64,000 nucleotides of DNA from the NCBI GenBank assembly GCA_030324005.1, contig JARDVH010000042.1:62401990-62465989 (forward strand), written 5' to 3'. Source of the stretch: Negaprion brevirostris (Eukaryota). The translations under genes and the position numbers were made by a program. Of the stretch, positions 11,546 through 25,871 are shown piece after piece; position 1 is the first letter of the stretch; each line of letters begins with the position of its first letter. A model generated the notes under the pieces. It searched no databases, was not told the DNA's origin, and saw only the letters and a list, made by a program, of their open reading frames with translations.

Positions 11546-14500
11546 AAAATTAAATCCCATTACTTGTTGAAGTATTTAAAGCCGGTGCTTTACGTGCTTA
11601 CCTAAATCATCTACAATAGTTAAGAGAGACTTGCTTCTGGGTTGGTGTGCACGCAAGCAGTACTTCAGTGCAATGTCTCCAGGCCCCCTTCCCCCAAAGA
11701 AATTAGNNNNNNNNNNNNNNNNNNNNNNNNNNNNNNNNNNNNNNNNNNNNNNNNNNNNNNNNNNNNNNNNNNNNNNNNNNNNNNNNNNNNNNNNNNNNNN
11801 NNNNNNTTAGTTTTTTGGCTGCAGACTCTGAGCAATGGATAACAATCACTGTTCTTTGTTCGAGGTCTTTTTATTGAGGCTAATGACTGGTCTTGTGCCG
11901 CTCCAAGATAAATGACATTATCTCTGAGTGGGCTGACAGGAAACAGACATGTTAATAGTGAAGCTGCAGGGAGGATCTTCCCTGTTCCTTGCAAAAGAAA
12001 AGGCAGGACCTCTAGTTGTGATCATTAGAGCATAATGCATTCCTGCTTTTCCCATGTGGGTCAAGGTAATTAGAAGCATAATGGTGTGTTTTCATATGGA
12101 TGTCAAACCACAGCAATGACATTCTTAATTTCAATTTATGGTCGATCATTTTAGGAAAGATTTTCTTGTGGTGGGTTGTGTCGCTTGGAACAAGAGATTG
12201 CAGGTCAGTTTTGTCATCTGCACCCTTGTGTGTTTTTCACAAAGCAAAAATAATTCTGTTAAGCCAACAACAGTACAATGGCTACAGTCTACTTTGTCTG
12301 TTAGATCTGGAAAGATTTGAAGTTTCCTGTGTTTTGTCTTGTGTAATGATTTTTCAGAGTAACCAACATTTGTAGAAATATTTGGGTAAACAAAGGGAAG
12401 CGATTAGGAGTTTCACATTTGTTTCTTTTTCATTTTGAGTGTGTTTTCACTCTCAGTGGAATCTGTTACTTGTCAGCAGCAGAAGATGACCCTGATTGCA
12501 GAGTTTTTGTTCAGCACAGGATCCAAAATGAAGTAGTGTGGAAGTGAGATAGGAAATCCATCTGTGTAATCAAATCTTGCAGCCAGCTAAGCATAAAGCT
12601 CGTCCTTGAGTTCAGATAAACGCTGTCAAACACAGGCTCTCCAATCCCTATAGAAAGCCAAAAGGCTGAGAGTACCTGTATGTACAGTGCTTGTCTCCAT
12701 AAGTAAAATAAAAGCTGCCAAGTTTTCAAGCACAAGGATAGTAATCTATTAAAATGTCAAAGCCAACTTTTGCTATTACATCACTGAAATGTACATTTTC
12801 TCTGATTTACAGTATTTCAGTTTGTAACAAATGGACAAGTTCTATTTTTCCCTAAACATAAATGATGAAATTGCTGGGGGCCTTTAGAAATGTGTGCTGT
12901 GGTAGGTTGCACATTTTCCTTCTGTTCCTTTCTTCCACACTGAGACTTTTTGTATGGGGAATGAAAACACTGGGATGAAGCACTGTGCGTGTGTGCTTTT
13001 GACCAGCTGAAATTCACAAATCCTATTTTTAAAGGGAACTCAATTTAAGCATTGTGGAAAATGTGCGCAAACCGCGTATTCAGCAGGTTAAATAGATGCT
13101 TGAACCAGCATTTTAATTCAGCAGCTTGGAACATTAACTGGGGCGAGATCTTCAAATTGGATAACCTTTGTTAGTGAAGAACAGAAGATCAGGCCAAGCG
13201 ATAATTTGCCACTAAAGGGTATTAAAGGAGAAGGACAGCAGTAATACCAAAGGCTGCTTTGTGTCTGTGATGGTTTTTAGTACAGTGTGTCTGTTGCTTT
13301 TTTCCCTTTAATCCAAACTAAATGGTCTTGGCAAGTTGAACAAAGCCTTTGCATTTGAATGAAAGGTTGTAAAACTATTCAGACATTAATGCATGGATTA
13401 AATGTGGATTGGCTGACAATAGGGCTGTTTGTATCATTTTTTGAGAGCTGAAAGCAAATTCGTGNNNNNNNNNNNNNNNNNNNNNNNNNNNNNNNNNNNN
13501 NNNNNNNNNNNNNNNNNNNAGTAGGTTTAGCGGGGATGTGAATTGTATCAGTCCTAGCTTTTGACTAAATTGTTCAATTTTTTTTCTGGCACTTTACAAT
13601 TGTAAAATGCTGGTTTAGAAATGAAACATTTCTTTCATCATGCATAAAAGCATGCATAAAAACAATGAAAATGTATTTAAAAAAGACTTTAGTTACTGGA
13701 AAACAGGATGTAGGATGCACTCTGATTTTGCCATTGTTATACGGTTGTCTACATTTTTAAGATGCTTTGTTCTGAAGGGGACAGAATGTTTACTGGCCCC
13801 TTGGTAACTGGGTAGAATGGAACTGCATTATTATCCCTCGCCTCACTGCCTTTGCAAAGTCTATTTAATTTGGATGTAAGTATGGTGAATTTTGTTATGT
13901 GTAGAGGTAACGCTAAGAACTCAGCAATTGTTTGTGTTACCTTCTGAAAGACATTCCATACAAAATAACACACCCAGGTCTCTACTGTTCAATTTCTCAC
14001 ATTTCTAGTCCATGATTTATTCTTTATTAAATAAACCAAAGACAATTAAACTCTTTGAAGTGAAACAACTTTTCAGATGTTGAGATAAGCTGACTTTGAA
14101 CAATGAGTGTATATTTTCAGCGAACAAAAGGCTGCAAAATCCTTTTCTTGATTGTGGGAGGTGTTTCCTCAAAGAGAACAGGTTTGTCTTGGAAACATCT
14201 TGATGACTATTTTGTTCCCCTAATCTGAGTGCTGTAATTGAAGCAGATGGTCATATACTGGCTTAGCTTTATCAAGGAGTGTATTTATTTTTTCTCAACT
14301 TTCTCCTGAAGTTTTCACATATGGTGCATTTAGCGCTGAATATTGACTAAGTAGATTTGCATTGACAGGTGAAGCATTTAATGAAATCCTTATTCAGGCC
14401 TGTACAGTCAGTATAAAGGTAGAGAAGTAATACACCACAGATGCAGTAGTAAAGTCTCTGGGCACTCTGCTGTATATTTAATAGTGATAATTATTGCCTG

Positions 14501-17500
14501 TTAATGCCCAGATACAAACCCAGACCGAATGGGACATTTCATTGAAATCCACAGCCTGTCAGTTGCATCAAGCACTGCTGGAATTTGTTTCCTCGCTCTT
14601 CCACAGTGTTTCTAAAGAGTTTGTCCCACTCTTTGTGCACTTTCTGCATCCTGCTGTTTGGCTAGTTGTCTGAATTTACATTTGCTGTTGAGATCCTGAA
14701 CCAACCTTTCCCATGATGCTGTAGCAGATGCCAGACACGGGAGTATAAAGCAAGCAGCTGTTTCCATTACACCATCACTATATTATCCTACACAATCTGT
14801 TTCCTCTGTAAGAACTCTCCGTGCATTCTCTGCTGCCTCTTTCGGCCTTTGTATCTTGGGGATTGCCTGTGTACTTTTAATCCTGACGGTAACTCTTATT
14901 AGATTAATTGTCTTCATACATTCATTTTAAATAAACAAATCCGGCCTCCTCTCCTGACTTGGAAAGTAGATTCCTTCTTTGTCCTGCACTCGTCAGTTTT
15001 GGACAATCTTGCCTTTGTAAGGCAATGTCAGAAGTGCTTAGAAAGACCCATCCCTCTCCCCCATTTTTATCCTTGCAGCCTTGATCTTTCACTAGCCAAT
15101 CTCCTGTTTTAAAATAATATATGACTAATGCACAAAGGAACCTGTTCTACTTCCCAGTGAATAAAGTAACGGCACACTATTGTAGCACAAGATTCGCACA
15201 AAGACAGCCAGTGCCAGGAGAGAATTTTAATGTTAGCACGGAAGCCCTTTATCGAGGAAATTAGTAATATTCTGGTTTCAAAACACCTGCATCCAGTTTT
15301 GTTTTAAATAAAAGCACAGTTCTGCAAAGCAAATGTGGCAAAAGTAGTAACAGAAATAATTGGTGTCTTGTATTACAGTGGTGTAGCGATGTTTGACTGG
15401 GAAACTGGGATAGCTATTTGAGTGTTAATGCTGTTAGACAAACTTTTTTGTAGTTAGTGGTTTTGTTTGCTACTGGAAAATCAGCAGATGAGTATCCACG
15501 TAGTAGCGTTCTAACATGCTTTTCAGGCACTGCAAAATCTCTGCTTCATTCCGAATTTTATAGAAATTAAACTTCAAAGAATGGAATCCTAAACAATGAA
15601 TAAAATTTTGTCAAATTAATTGTGCAGTTGGTGTGCAGGAACTCTGGCAGCTTGAGCACAGATAAACATTACAATTATGCAGTTTCAGTAGTAAAATGTT
15701 TGTGGTGCTGAAAAGCCAGGGGAGACCTGTATTGGTAACGATGAGATTGTGTTTTTAAAATTGGAACTTGGGCAGTGAAAGCTCACTTGGTTTCATCAGG
15801 AGATAAATGGACGACATATTTCATTTGACTAAAAATACCCAAAGCAAAAGAAACGGGAGTTATTATTATTCTGTAATGGGAGAAGTCATGTGTGATTAGT
15901 GTAACATTTTTAATTCCAATCCCAGGGCACTCGAATCGCCTCTGGCTCTTCAAGGTTGTCAGTTTTTTGCTTCCCAATGCCATCTCCTTTACTGTCATTG
16001 GCTTTGCTGTTTACAGCTCCTGCACAATGCATTCATAAAATATGAGTAGTGTAAACATTCAAGGGTCCAGGGCAGCAGAATGCACAATGTGCCTCAGGGG
16101 TGTTGCCTGGGATTGAGAAATGTTTTGTGCAAGATTACCACAGCACTGCAGCTTATTTATCTTTCTGGGCTGAATATAATGTTTGCAGCAAGAAAACATT
16201 GACTACATCAATGCATTATGCTGTGTAATAGGTAAGGGAGGGAAATGCTGAGCATGCAGTGGGTTGAAGGTATGGTTCCCAATAGAGGGGCAAATGGGGG
16301 TAGGCAGTGGCAGGGGTTTGCATGGACAGATTATCAATGAAGGGAGACTTTGGAGGAAGCTGTGCTGAAGGAGGATACCACAATGGGTAGTACTCTCCTT
16401 CAGGAAACCACCCTGAATGTTGCTAGCAACACAAGTGGCAAAATCTTCGATTATTTTACATTTATGGAAGGTGATGTTGTAGAATTTTGAAGTTCAAAAT
16501 CATTAAACCGGATACTTACCAAAATATATTGCTGCCAATATTATCCGAGCATTTTAGATGCATATATTTAAAGCGTAAATTTCTGTTTTAAATATGCAGC
16601 AATGTCAGGTTGTTATTTTGCTTACAGATATTCAAGAGCAAATTGTAAAACCTGCTGTGGATAATACACTTTACTGCTGCACATTCACTAACTCATGGGC
16701 TAGAACAATATGCTGGTAACCATATGGATATTTAGAAAGGTGGTGACTTGGAATATTATTCCTTCCATCTATCTCTCTCTCTCCCTCTCTCTCGAGTTGA
16801 TATTTCTTAAGAAGTGGGAGTCTTGGTCAAAAAGGTGGTCAGAGGGCAAAAGGTTAAGTAATCAACACAATTGCGGTCATTACCCTGTCAGCTTGATCCT
16901 GATGCTGCTGCTCTTATCACATTGTAGTCATATGAAGCTGAAATGTGTTTTATTGCCTTTTTAACCACACTCAATTATAATAGAGCCTATGAGCTTGCAG
17001 TTGGCGGACGGCCAATGGGAGGAAAGCACATGAATGGTTTAATTGTAGAGCAAAGCATTTGTTTATGGAGAGAAGGTCCGATCTGTTAGCCAAATGTTGT
17101 TCGAAATGGAGGTGAGAAGGAGAAAGAGTTTGAGCTGTGATTGGGCTTGCAATGCAATGGTAGTTTCTTATTTTTGTTCACACTGCCTGTAATCTGTGCC
17201 TCTTCCTCCCTGCACCCCAGTCAGAACAGGAGGCAAAATGCACTCTTGATGGGTGAGGGCAGTTTGCCACTGACCACAGTGAATGCTTTCAGGAGAACAA
17301 AGGGTGGGGGATGGGCAATGGCGGAGTACCTTGCGGGGGTGGGGGAGCGGGGTGTTTTCCAGAAACTGGACTGCTTCTAACTATTGGGCACCAGTTGTTG
17401 GCAGGGTAGGTTTACATCCACTGTGGAGCAGAGTGGGGGTAGGGAGGGAGGGGGCCTAGAGAAACACTCCAGGAAATCAAAGTAAATCCTTGAGTTGTGA

Positions 17501-18531
17501 TTTGAACTCTCTTTTTGAGTGAGAAAAACATTATATGCTGTAAATCTGCCATTGTTTCAGCACCCTAATTAATTAGTGACCCGTGTTAATGGGTAGTTAG
17601 GATCTGAGGCGATGAATTTGCCATGCTTGACGTTTTGTGAATAGCTGTTAGACCAGACTGTGATGTATGCCATGTGATCATTTTGTTCCGTCAGGTGGAC
17701 AGATCCTGAGATTGGCGATGATATGTGAGGTCATTAAAAATGAACTGTAAATTCTGAAACCGTACAAACGTGCATCAAAATCTAAACTGTGCAGTCATGT
17801 TGAATACTTGAGCCTTACATCTATGTAATTCCTTTTTATTTACTGGTTTGGGGGAAGTGAGGGGAGTTTGAATCTAAGGACACTTCAGAGACTGGAATGC
17901 ATTTCCTGCGAGGAATTACTAACATCATTCCTTGCTGTATGCTTTCTCCTGTATTATTAGCACCTCTGAAGCTTTGCATTTTGTAATTGGTTGCACTAAG
18001 CATACACAGCCATAAATCAGTGCCTTAATTACCATATGCAAGCATTAATTTGTATTGTGAATCACTGCTGAGCATTTTGCAACACTCAAACTACTGCTAC
18101 ACTGCTCTCCCTTTGATGGTTTTACGGTTAATTGGAATGAAATGTATTTTTCCAGAGGTAAAGCCTCATCAATATTACACTGTAGTATTGTTGATGTTGC
18201 AAATCAATGTAGTGTCTATCTAAGCTGCATTATACAATTTGAATGCTACATGTGTAAACAATACTTCTTTTGACATGACCTTCAATATTGCGCAGAGTTT
18301 TATTTGTGGTTGCATTTTGTTTGCACCAAGACCCATTGTCAATTGAGTGGAATGACATCGAATTAAACTGTGCAGATGACACTTGATTGGTAGTCCTGTT
18401 GCTACCATTAGAGAGAAAGGAGGAGGTGAATATACGATGAAGCTCTGCGTTTCGCATTGAGAAATCCAAGCTTATTCATTTTCCATCCAGCCTCCAGTGC
18501 CCACCCATACACCTGGCCCCAGAAAGTGCCA

Positions 18532-19783
18532 GGTTAGAATTCTTCCATGGCCTTGCAACAGGCTTGCGGCAGGTGTGTGGGAGGGTGGAGGGGTGGATGG
18601 GGAGGGGGATAGAATTCAACAGGAATCCAAAAATCGGTTTTATTCCGGCATGAATTTCACATGGGATCTTCGCCTGGTGTTTGCCGTAATGGATAATGAA
18701 ATCTTCTTGGAGGCTTGCGTGAAAATAATTTGTGTCCCATTAGTGATGAAGGCCCAACCGGAATCTTCCACCGATACCCAATTTTTCACATCGCCAGAAG
18801 GAAAACATATGTGTTCAGAACATGCTGATTTGATTTAGTATTGTCACATGTATTAGTGTACAGTGAAAAGTATTGTTTCTTGCACGCTATACAGACAAAG
18901 CATACTGTTTACAGAGAAGGAATGGAGAGAGTGCAGAATTTAGTGTTACAGTCATAGTTAGGGTGTAGAAAAAGATCAACTTAATGCAAGGTAGGTCCAT
19001 TCAAAAGTCTGACAATAGGAGGGAAGAAGCTGTTCTTGAATGATTGGTATATGACCTCAGACTTTTGTATCTTTTTCGCAAAGGAAGAAGGTGGAAGAGA
19101 GAATGACCGTGGTATGTGGGGTCCTTAATTATGCTGGCTACTTTGCCGAGGCAGCAGGAAGTGTAGACAGAGTCAATGGATGGAAGGCTGGTTTTAGTGA
19201 TGGACTGGGCCTCATTCATGACCTTTTGTAGTTCCTTATGGTCTTGGGCAGAGCAAGAGCCATATCAAGTTGTGAGACAACCAGAAAGGATGCTTCCTAT
19301 GATGCATCTGTAAAAGTAGGTGAGAGTCATAGCTGATATACCAAATTTCCTTAGCCTCCTGAGAAAGTTGAGGCTTCTGTGAGCTTTCCTAACTGTAGTG
19401 TTGGCAAACAACATGGAACAACATGGTGTGCAGAAGACAGGAACTCAAACAATGCCTGGGGCTGCCTCCTGAGTTCGAGGGGGAAGCTGTAAGCAATCCT
19501 GGACCACAGTCCACACAGTGGGAAACACCAACCCTCCCGCCCCTGTTCATGCCCCCGCTACTGGACTTAGGGTGGAATTCTCCAGATAGGTGTGCCTGGT
19601 GCTCAGTCAAACCTCCGTTCATTGTCATGGAACCAGAGAATCCCAGCTGTGGGTAGGGTCGGACAGTCTGGTCCTTCGTCCCATATAGGCCAATTCCGAC
19701 GCAGGGAGGATAGAAAACCTGATTTTCATTTGGGAGGCGTCTAAGAATATGGCGTAGAACCTGACTATGGTGGGATTCTGCCC
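18532..19783. mobile_element. Degenerate non-autonomous DNA element interrupted by a Rex1 LINE
   Basis: Imperfect terminal inverted repeats ggttagaattcttccatgg / ctatggtgggattctgccc (13/19) and a GC-richer body on both sides of the LINE. Confidence 0.35.
18827..19406 (-). mobile_element. Rex1/Babar-type LINE, 5'-truncated
   Basis: Minus-strand peptide AQSITKTSLPSIDSVYTSCCLGKVASIIKDPTYHGHSLFHLLP is typical of the Rex1/Babar ORF C-terminus; (gattt)n tail; further copies at 48639 and 62040. Confidence 0.8.
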
Positions 19784-20907
19784 GTTTGATGTGGCTTTTG
19801 AGTTTTAGTAAAGAGGATATGGGTAGATTTCCTAACCTCATGCTAAGGATGTAGGAGGCAAGTTCTCAAGCTTGCTCTGTGTTTTGTATCCTTGGTATGA
19901 CACAGCAGAGAGCAGATGTGTATCCCACTGAGGTCTTTAAATTGGCTCCACTTCTTTGCTAAAATAAGGTGATTGATCCCAGAGGTGATGGATTATCTTA
20001 TTCTGAAGAGTCAAAGACCTCACTGAGAACAAAGTGTTTCCTTTATCAGGTGTTGAATTTTATTTGGCTAAGAAGGGTTTGGGGGACAATTCATGCGGTG
20101 CAACTGCAGAGCACATCGGCTTTTGGCAGCCATTTTACTTCTGAAAATGACCACATGCTAGGGAGGTAAATGGAGCCTCCAGTCTTGGGCTGGGGGGAAT
20201 AAGGGGATTTTCATCACCCAGAAATCTATCTCTGGTGTCACCTTCAAGCATTGTGAAGCCTCGTTTCTCTTCATTTCTGTAAAATAAACCTGCCACCCTA
20301 AATTTTAGATGGCAAGCGAATTGTACATTTTATATCCTTGCCAATGGGATAAAGAAGTTGACACTTGTCATTTACTGAAGCAGCCCAGACAATGCTTTGT
20401 TCCGTGATGATTATTTCCATTTTATTGGTTATATCGTCTATGCCAATCTCCAAACATATAAGTTGGCCCTTAAAAATGGAACTGTTACTTTGTGGACTCT
20501 ATCATTCGTATCTGCAAAGCTTCATTTTGGACACTTTTAGATGAGTTAAATTACTGTTGTGATGAATGCAAAAAAATTATGAACCCTTCACTTCTTTTTA
20601 TAAGCTATTATGTTTCTCCTGCACCCCCGTAGCCGGGAGGCTGAAATCACACAGGATGAGGGGGAAGCTAACAACGATACCAAAAGTCACTTCTATTTTG
20701 TGCTTTTGGTGAATGTGTATCTTCATTGCTGCCTGCAGTAAAAGAACCAGAAAATTATTATAAGGTCAAGAAGAGAGGGTTTGATTGTTTCCCCAACCCT
20801 TGAAGCTGAAACAGGATAGCAGCATTATCTAAAATTCCATTGTAGCAGTGTGATTTAATTCTAAACAGTACCAATCACCCAAGACCTGCCCAACACTCAT
20901 CCAGTCA

Positions 20908-21222
20908 ATCATAGAATCCCTACAATGCAGAAGGAGGCCATTCAGCCCATTGAGTATGTACCAATCACAATCCCACTCAGGCCCTATCCCCGTAAACCCA
21001 CATATTTATCTTGCTAGCCTCCAACACTAGGGGCAATTTAGCATGGCCAATCCACCTAACCCCACATCTTTGGAGTGTTGGGGAAGACTGGAGCACCCGG
21101 AGGAAATCCATGCAGACATGGGCGAATGTGCAAACTCCACACAGACAATGACCTGAGGTCGGACTTGAACCTGAGTCCCTGGCGCTGTGAGGCAATAGTG
21201 CTAACCACTGTGCTGCCGTGCC
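20908..21222 (-). mobile_element. tRNA-derived V-SINE (HE1-like), full length, CR1-type tail
   Basis: Minus strand has head ggcacagtggttagcact...gttcaagtcc (A/B boxes), V-domain core and tail gaatggcctccttctgcattgtagggattctatga. Confidence 0.9.
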
Positions 21223-21644
21223 AGGGACCGTATTGACTCAGCACAACCAGTAAGAACAGTATTAAGCACTATTCATCACAAAATAGGCTGTGTGATATGT
21301 TGCAAGACCTGTTCTGGCAGTCTGCCATGATCAAATATTGGACATTATACTGCACTTAACACTTCCTCAGGCTACATCAATGATTGCTGTTCAGGAATAT
21401 TTAGTCAAAATTGGGAACAAAAGGAAGACATTTTGTTGTTCAGAAGGCAGTGGTGTCATAACAGGCCTTGTAACCAGTGATTGCATTGCATTATATCAGT
21501 TATAGCTTTTCCACATTATTGGGCTTTCCTTTTGCTGTACTTTATTTTTTAAATGTGTTAATATTTTAAAAAGCTTTGGCTGGTGATGGGCAAGCATATG
21601 TGTAGAACCAGGAAAAAATGCAGATATGATTAAGAGGAACTCCC

Positions 21645-21830
21645 TTTAGCCTCAGTGGGCTAATAGGAGCCATAGGACTCAGCTGTACAGATCAGGGAGT
21701 CTCTGGTCTATGCTGAATTAACTGATTTAAGCTGGGATGATGGTTCAAAGGACAGGGGTATAGTCACAGTTCCCTTCAATGTTCCCTGACTAAGGGAAAT
21801 CACCCACAGCTTCTACCTCTGACAGCAATA
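21645..21830 (+). mobile_element. Old SINE-like repeat, unassigned family
   Basis: Shares motifs (gggaaatcacccacagcttctacctctga; tctatgctgaattaactga) with inverted copies near 40030-40290 and 60600-60840. Confidence 0.4.
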
Positions 21831-23305
21831 AATTGATGCTATGCAACCCCACTCCCACTCCCTCAGCCCATCAATGAGTGCCGATTCGTGGACATTGTAC
21901 GTTGACCAGGTTCAACAGTGGTGCCCTCTTGTTGAAATAGGTTGCTGTTGCTAAGTATCTGGATGAACAATGAGTACTTGAGAAGTATAGAACTGTAATC
22001 CTGCCTGCGTTAGTAGGTTCCGTGGAGGAGGGGAGAAAATTAATGTGGGGTAGAGGAGCTCCCTTTCTCTGTGAACCATCTTTCAGAACAATCACTTCTG
22101 GAATAAACTACAGTGGGTGTTGGTTTTTTAAATGTGCACTTACATCTCTTACTGCCGTGCTGGGTGACATTTAGTTCCTTTTTGTGGCATGAGTGTATCA
22201 TTTGCTTTGCTGCACCTCTACAGCTTAAAGGAAACATAAAACTAGTTGGACTAATTGTGCTGAGTACAGTTGCCATGAAAGGCATTATTGTTCTGGATTC
22301 ATTCCTTTCCCTGACAGTGAGCATTGCTTAAAGGTTTTATGCAGAACCCGTGCTCATTTAGGAGATGGAGGGAGAAAAAAATTGGTTTGCACTTACTGGC
22401 TGTGCATGTATAATAGGAAGAATTGAGCTTATTGTGTGCTGCTGCCTGTGGTTGTAAATCCTGGTGACGAGCTGTATTTGCTTTCTCAGCTTACCCACAA
22501 CGTCTGTGACTAATTGAGTGAATGTGAAGATTGCATCCATATGTTAATTACAGATACCAGAACCATCTACTAGACGGGGACTAAACAACACAGTCGGCCA
22601 CATTTTTACCCCTATTTGAATATTGGTCTGCAGCGAGCCTAATGTAAGTGCTTGCTGGTATTGAGCAGACTGGATCTAGAGATTATCATCTGCCTCCATA
22701 GAGGGGGTGGGGAGGAGATGGCATTTATCTTTCAATAAAAAACAGGAGATTGCCTATTTTTTTTCTCTACAATTAGTGACCTGCTAATGAAAATTGAGGC
22801 TTCACTACTTTGAGACGTGTAATTTTTGTGAATGTGATTGTTAATTACAGAGAAAAATTTGCATTGTTTTTCTGTTGAAACACACCCTTATATGTAAAAT
22901 GCTAGGGTTTGATTTTGAAAATGCTTCTTTAACTATATGCTGTGAAAAATAATGCGCTTCATTTTTTAAAAAAATTGTTCCTTCCTTTAATCCTCAGCCT
23001 TTGGTTACAGTTTATTCTTTTCTATGCAGAACATTCCAGGCCTCTTAAAATCTCTGCATGTCTAATGCTGACTGATGCCATTGACCTTGTAAGTCTCCTG
23101 CAATGAATTAAAATCAGGAGGTAACTGTGCAGAGCAAGTGTTGCAGTGCAGGTCATTAGAGCTGTATTAGCACTCGGATTTAAGGGGCAGGGAAAAATTC
23201 ACAATAGTGTAGTGTCCTGCTGGGCACTCTCGGCAACAGTAATAGATTTCCAGAGGTTTTGGTAATACTGTATTCATAGCTTATATTGGGCCACTCCAAT
23301 GGTCT

Positions 23306-23482
23306 GAATCATAGAATCCGTATGGTGTAAAAGGAGGCCATGCGGCCCGTCGAGCCTGTACTGACAGCAATCCCACCCAGGCCCCATCCCTGTAATCCCA
23401 GGCAATAATCTTGCTGATCCCCCTGAGACTAAGGGACAATTTAATGTGGCCAATCAACCTAAACCCACACATCTTTGGACTG
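23306..23482 (-). mobile_element. V-SINE (HE1-like), 5'-truncated
   Basis: Tail and part of the core match the 20908-21222 copy. Confidence 0.85.
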
Positions 23483-23679
23483 GTAGATTTGAAGGCTATA
23501 AATTTTTAAAAATCTGCATTTGAAATGACTGTTGACAGTTAAAGATGGGGCAAACACGTAACGTGCCACACTGCCTTTACACCTGTTTGTTGTGTTCTTG
23601 GGACTAATAATACTCATGCATATGATGTTATGAATACACATATGAGATAAAATTATTCCAAGTGTGCTAAATAATGTTA

Positions 23680-23760
23680 GTTCAGTCGGGTAGCACGGTC
23701 AGTGAAGGCTTGGAGGGCTGAAGGGCCTGTTCCTGCGCTGTAATTTTCTTTGTTCTCTTT
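23680..23760 (+). mobile_element. CR1-type LINE 3' tail
   Basis: gagggctgaagggcctgttcctgcgctgtaattttctttgttct. Confidence 0.6.
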
Positions 23761-25871
23761 GTAAGGCATCTGAATTTCAGAATACTCATTGCAGATTCTG
23801 CAATGTGAAAGGTGTAATATGACTCGTGTTGTTTGTAATGTTTTGAGGTGAAACAACCTTAATTATTATGGGCTGAAATGAGTACGCAAAGGATTTTAAA
23901 TGTTGTTAAAACTGGATGTTCTCATGAAGGAAGCATGAAAATGGGAAGACATAGGACTGGTGTTTTTTAAAGCCCTTAAATGCTTGTCAGAACGGCAGGG
24001 CAAAATTAACTCCAGAGTTCTTACTTTCCTAAATGTTACAGTGATCGCAACAGTGCTTTTGAAAAGGTGGAGGCTATAGACTTTGTAGTTGGTGCCAATT
24101 TCTTTCATGGAATAGTTTCATGGAAAAGGCTGGAGGAAATGCTTTACATCCATGGCTGAATCAGCCTGACAAGCTCTCACACCGCCCCCTCCTCTTATTA
24201 ATATTCCTTTTGATGTGCGCTTGTAAAACAGAGGATTGCCTGTTAATCTGCTGGATCTCTGGAGCTTTTGGCACTTGCCCATAATTGATGTGTTCACATG
24301 ACTGCTGTTGGAGTACTAATGATCAGATTGGTGGTGGTACCGCAATATCTTTTAGTTAAATTAGTGTTGGCTTTTTAAAAATATATGCTTTTTGCCAACA
24401 GACTGATGTAATTACAAAATGCCCATAGACTTTTCTAACACCTGGGAACAAAGAAAGAATGCAAATTCAGCAATCAGAAAAGGTATTGGAGAATGCTGTC
24501 AATTTTTACTGATCAGGATCACTAAGAGTATATAAAAAGATTTGATTGTAAATAGGTGGCATAATTTTTGGAATGCCTCTGCAGTTAGTTTCAAAAGCCC
24601 TGCATCTTTTAAAACTCCTTGTGCGACACAGATTGGTAATTATCAAAATATTTTATAACTGTGTAATTTGAAAAATATTAAACATTTCATATTACAAGCA
24701 TTAATAAGCAAAGGCTCAGAACCTTCAGCAAGACTTGGACTCCTTCTAACATTTGGGTGCAATTCCAGTTAAGTGTGTGGATCTCTGCGGAGTGGAAAAC
24801 CTAATATGTTGGCTCTTTCTCTTTGCTCTGGTTGCTGTAATGAATCGCCAGAATTTCGATCAGTACACAGTAACACGTGGGAATAATCACTTTAGAGTAA
24901 CACAGTGGAAAGCAGAAAGTTTGATTGTGACATTCTCTCTGCTGCTTTAACAGACTGCCAGGTCCAGCTGTTAAGGTTTGTGCACTTAGTGTTTTGGAAA
25001 TGGCTCTTCCCTGCTTTCAGTGTGTCGCCGTGCCTTTAATTGTCTTCACAATAGGATGGATGTGAGAGCGGTAATATGAAACTGGGGGAAAGGAAACATT
25101 AAATCGATCCTCTCGAAAATACATTTTAAAATGAAGTTGGGATTTTTTTTGTATTTAGTGAACAATGTTGTTATTTTGTGTGGGAATTTTAAAGGGCTGA
25201 GTTGCTGAGTGAAACAGATGGTATCAGAGTGTCGCCTAATGGAAATTGCCTCATCAGTGGTGCATTGTTAGTCTTTTTACACTGAATAGGTTTTGTGTCT
25301 CCTGTTTCTGTTCTCATTTAGTTTGAATTTTGCCCATGCGTAAGGGGGCAAAAATATCCTCTAATATGCTGCGTGGGGCTACATTTGATTACAGTCTTCT
25401 GCTTGTGGTAAGATTTGAAATGGACTCTCAATAAACAACGAGGAAGCTTTTATCAAAGAATGTGTCTTTCAGTATTAAAACGATCACTGTCTTTCCCTGG
25501 AGCTTTATGTGTTCCAGCAGATCTTGCTTTGTTGAGGAAGAAGAGATTCTCTCCTGATATCAGAGCTTTTTAGCAGTGTTAAATTACAAAGTACAGGGTT
25601 GGTATAGTGAGAATGTGATACCTTTGCCTATCAGCAATCTTATTACTGTGATCCACATGAATTGCATTGTAAGGACGTGCCTGTGCTTTCACTGAGTGGG
25701 TTACCTACTGCAGTCTTGACTCTGAGAAGCTTCTTTTTAAAAATCTGTACACAGGATGTGGGGGTTGCTGGCTAGGCCAGCGATTATTACTCATCCCTAA
25801 TTACCCATGAGAAGGTGGCAATGAACTGCCTTCTTGAACCACTGCAGTTCATGTGTTGCAGGTACACTTAG

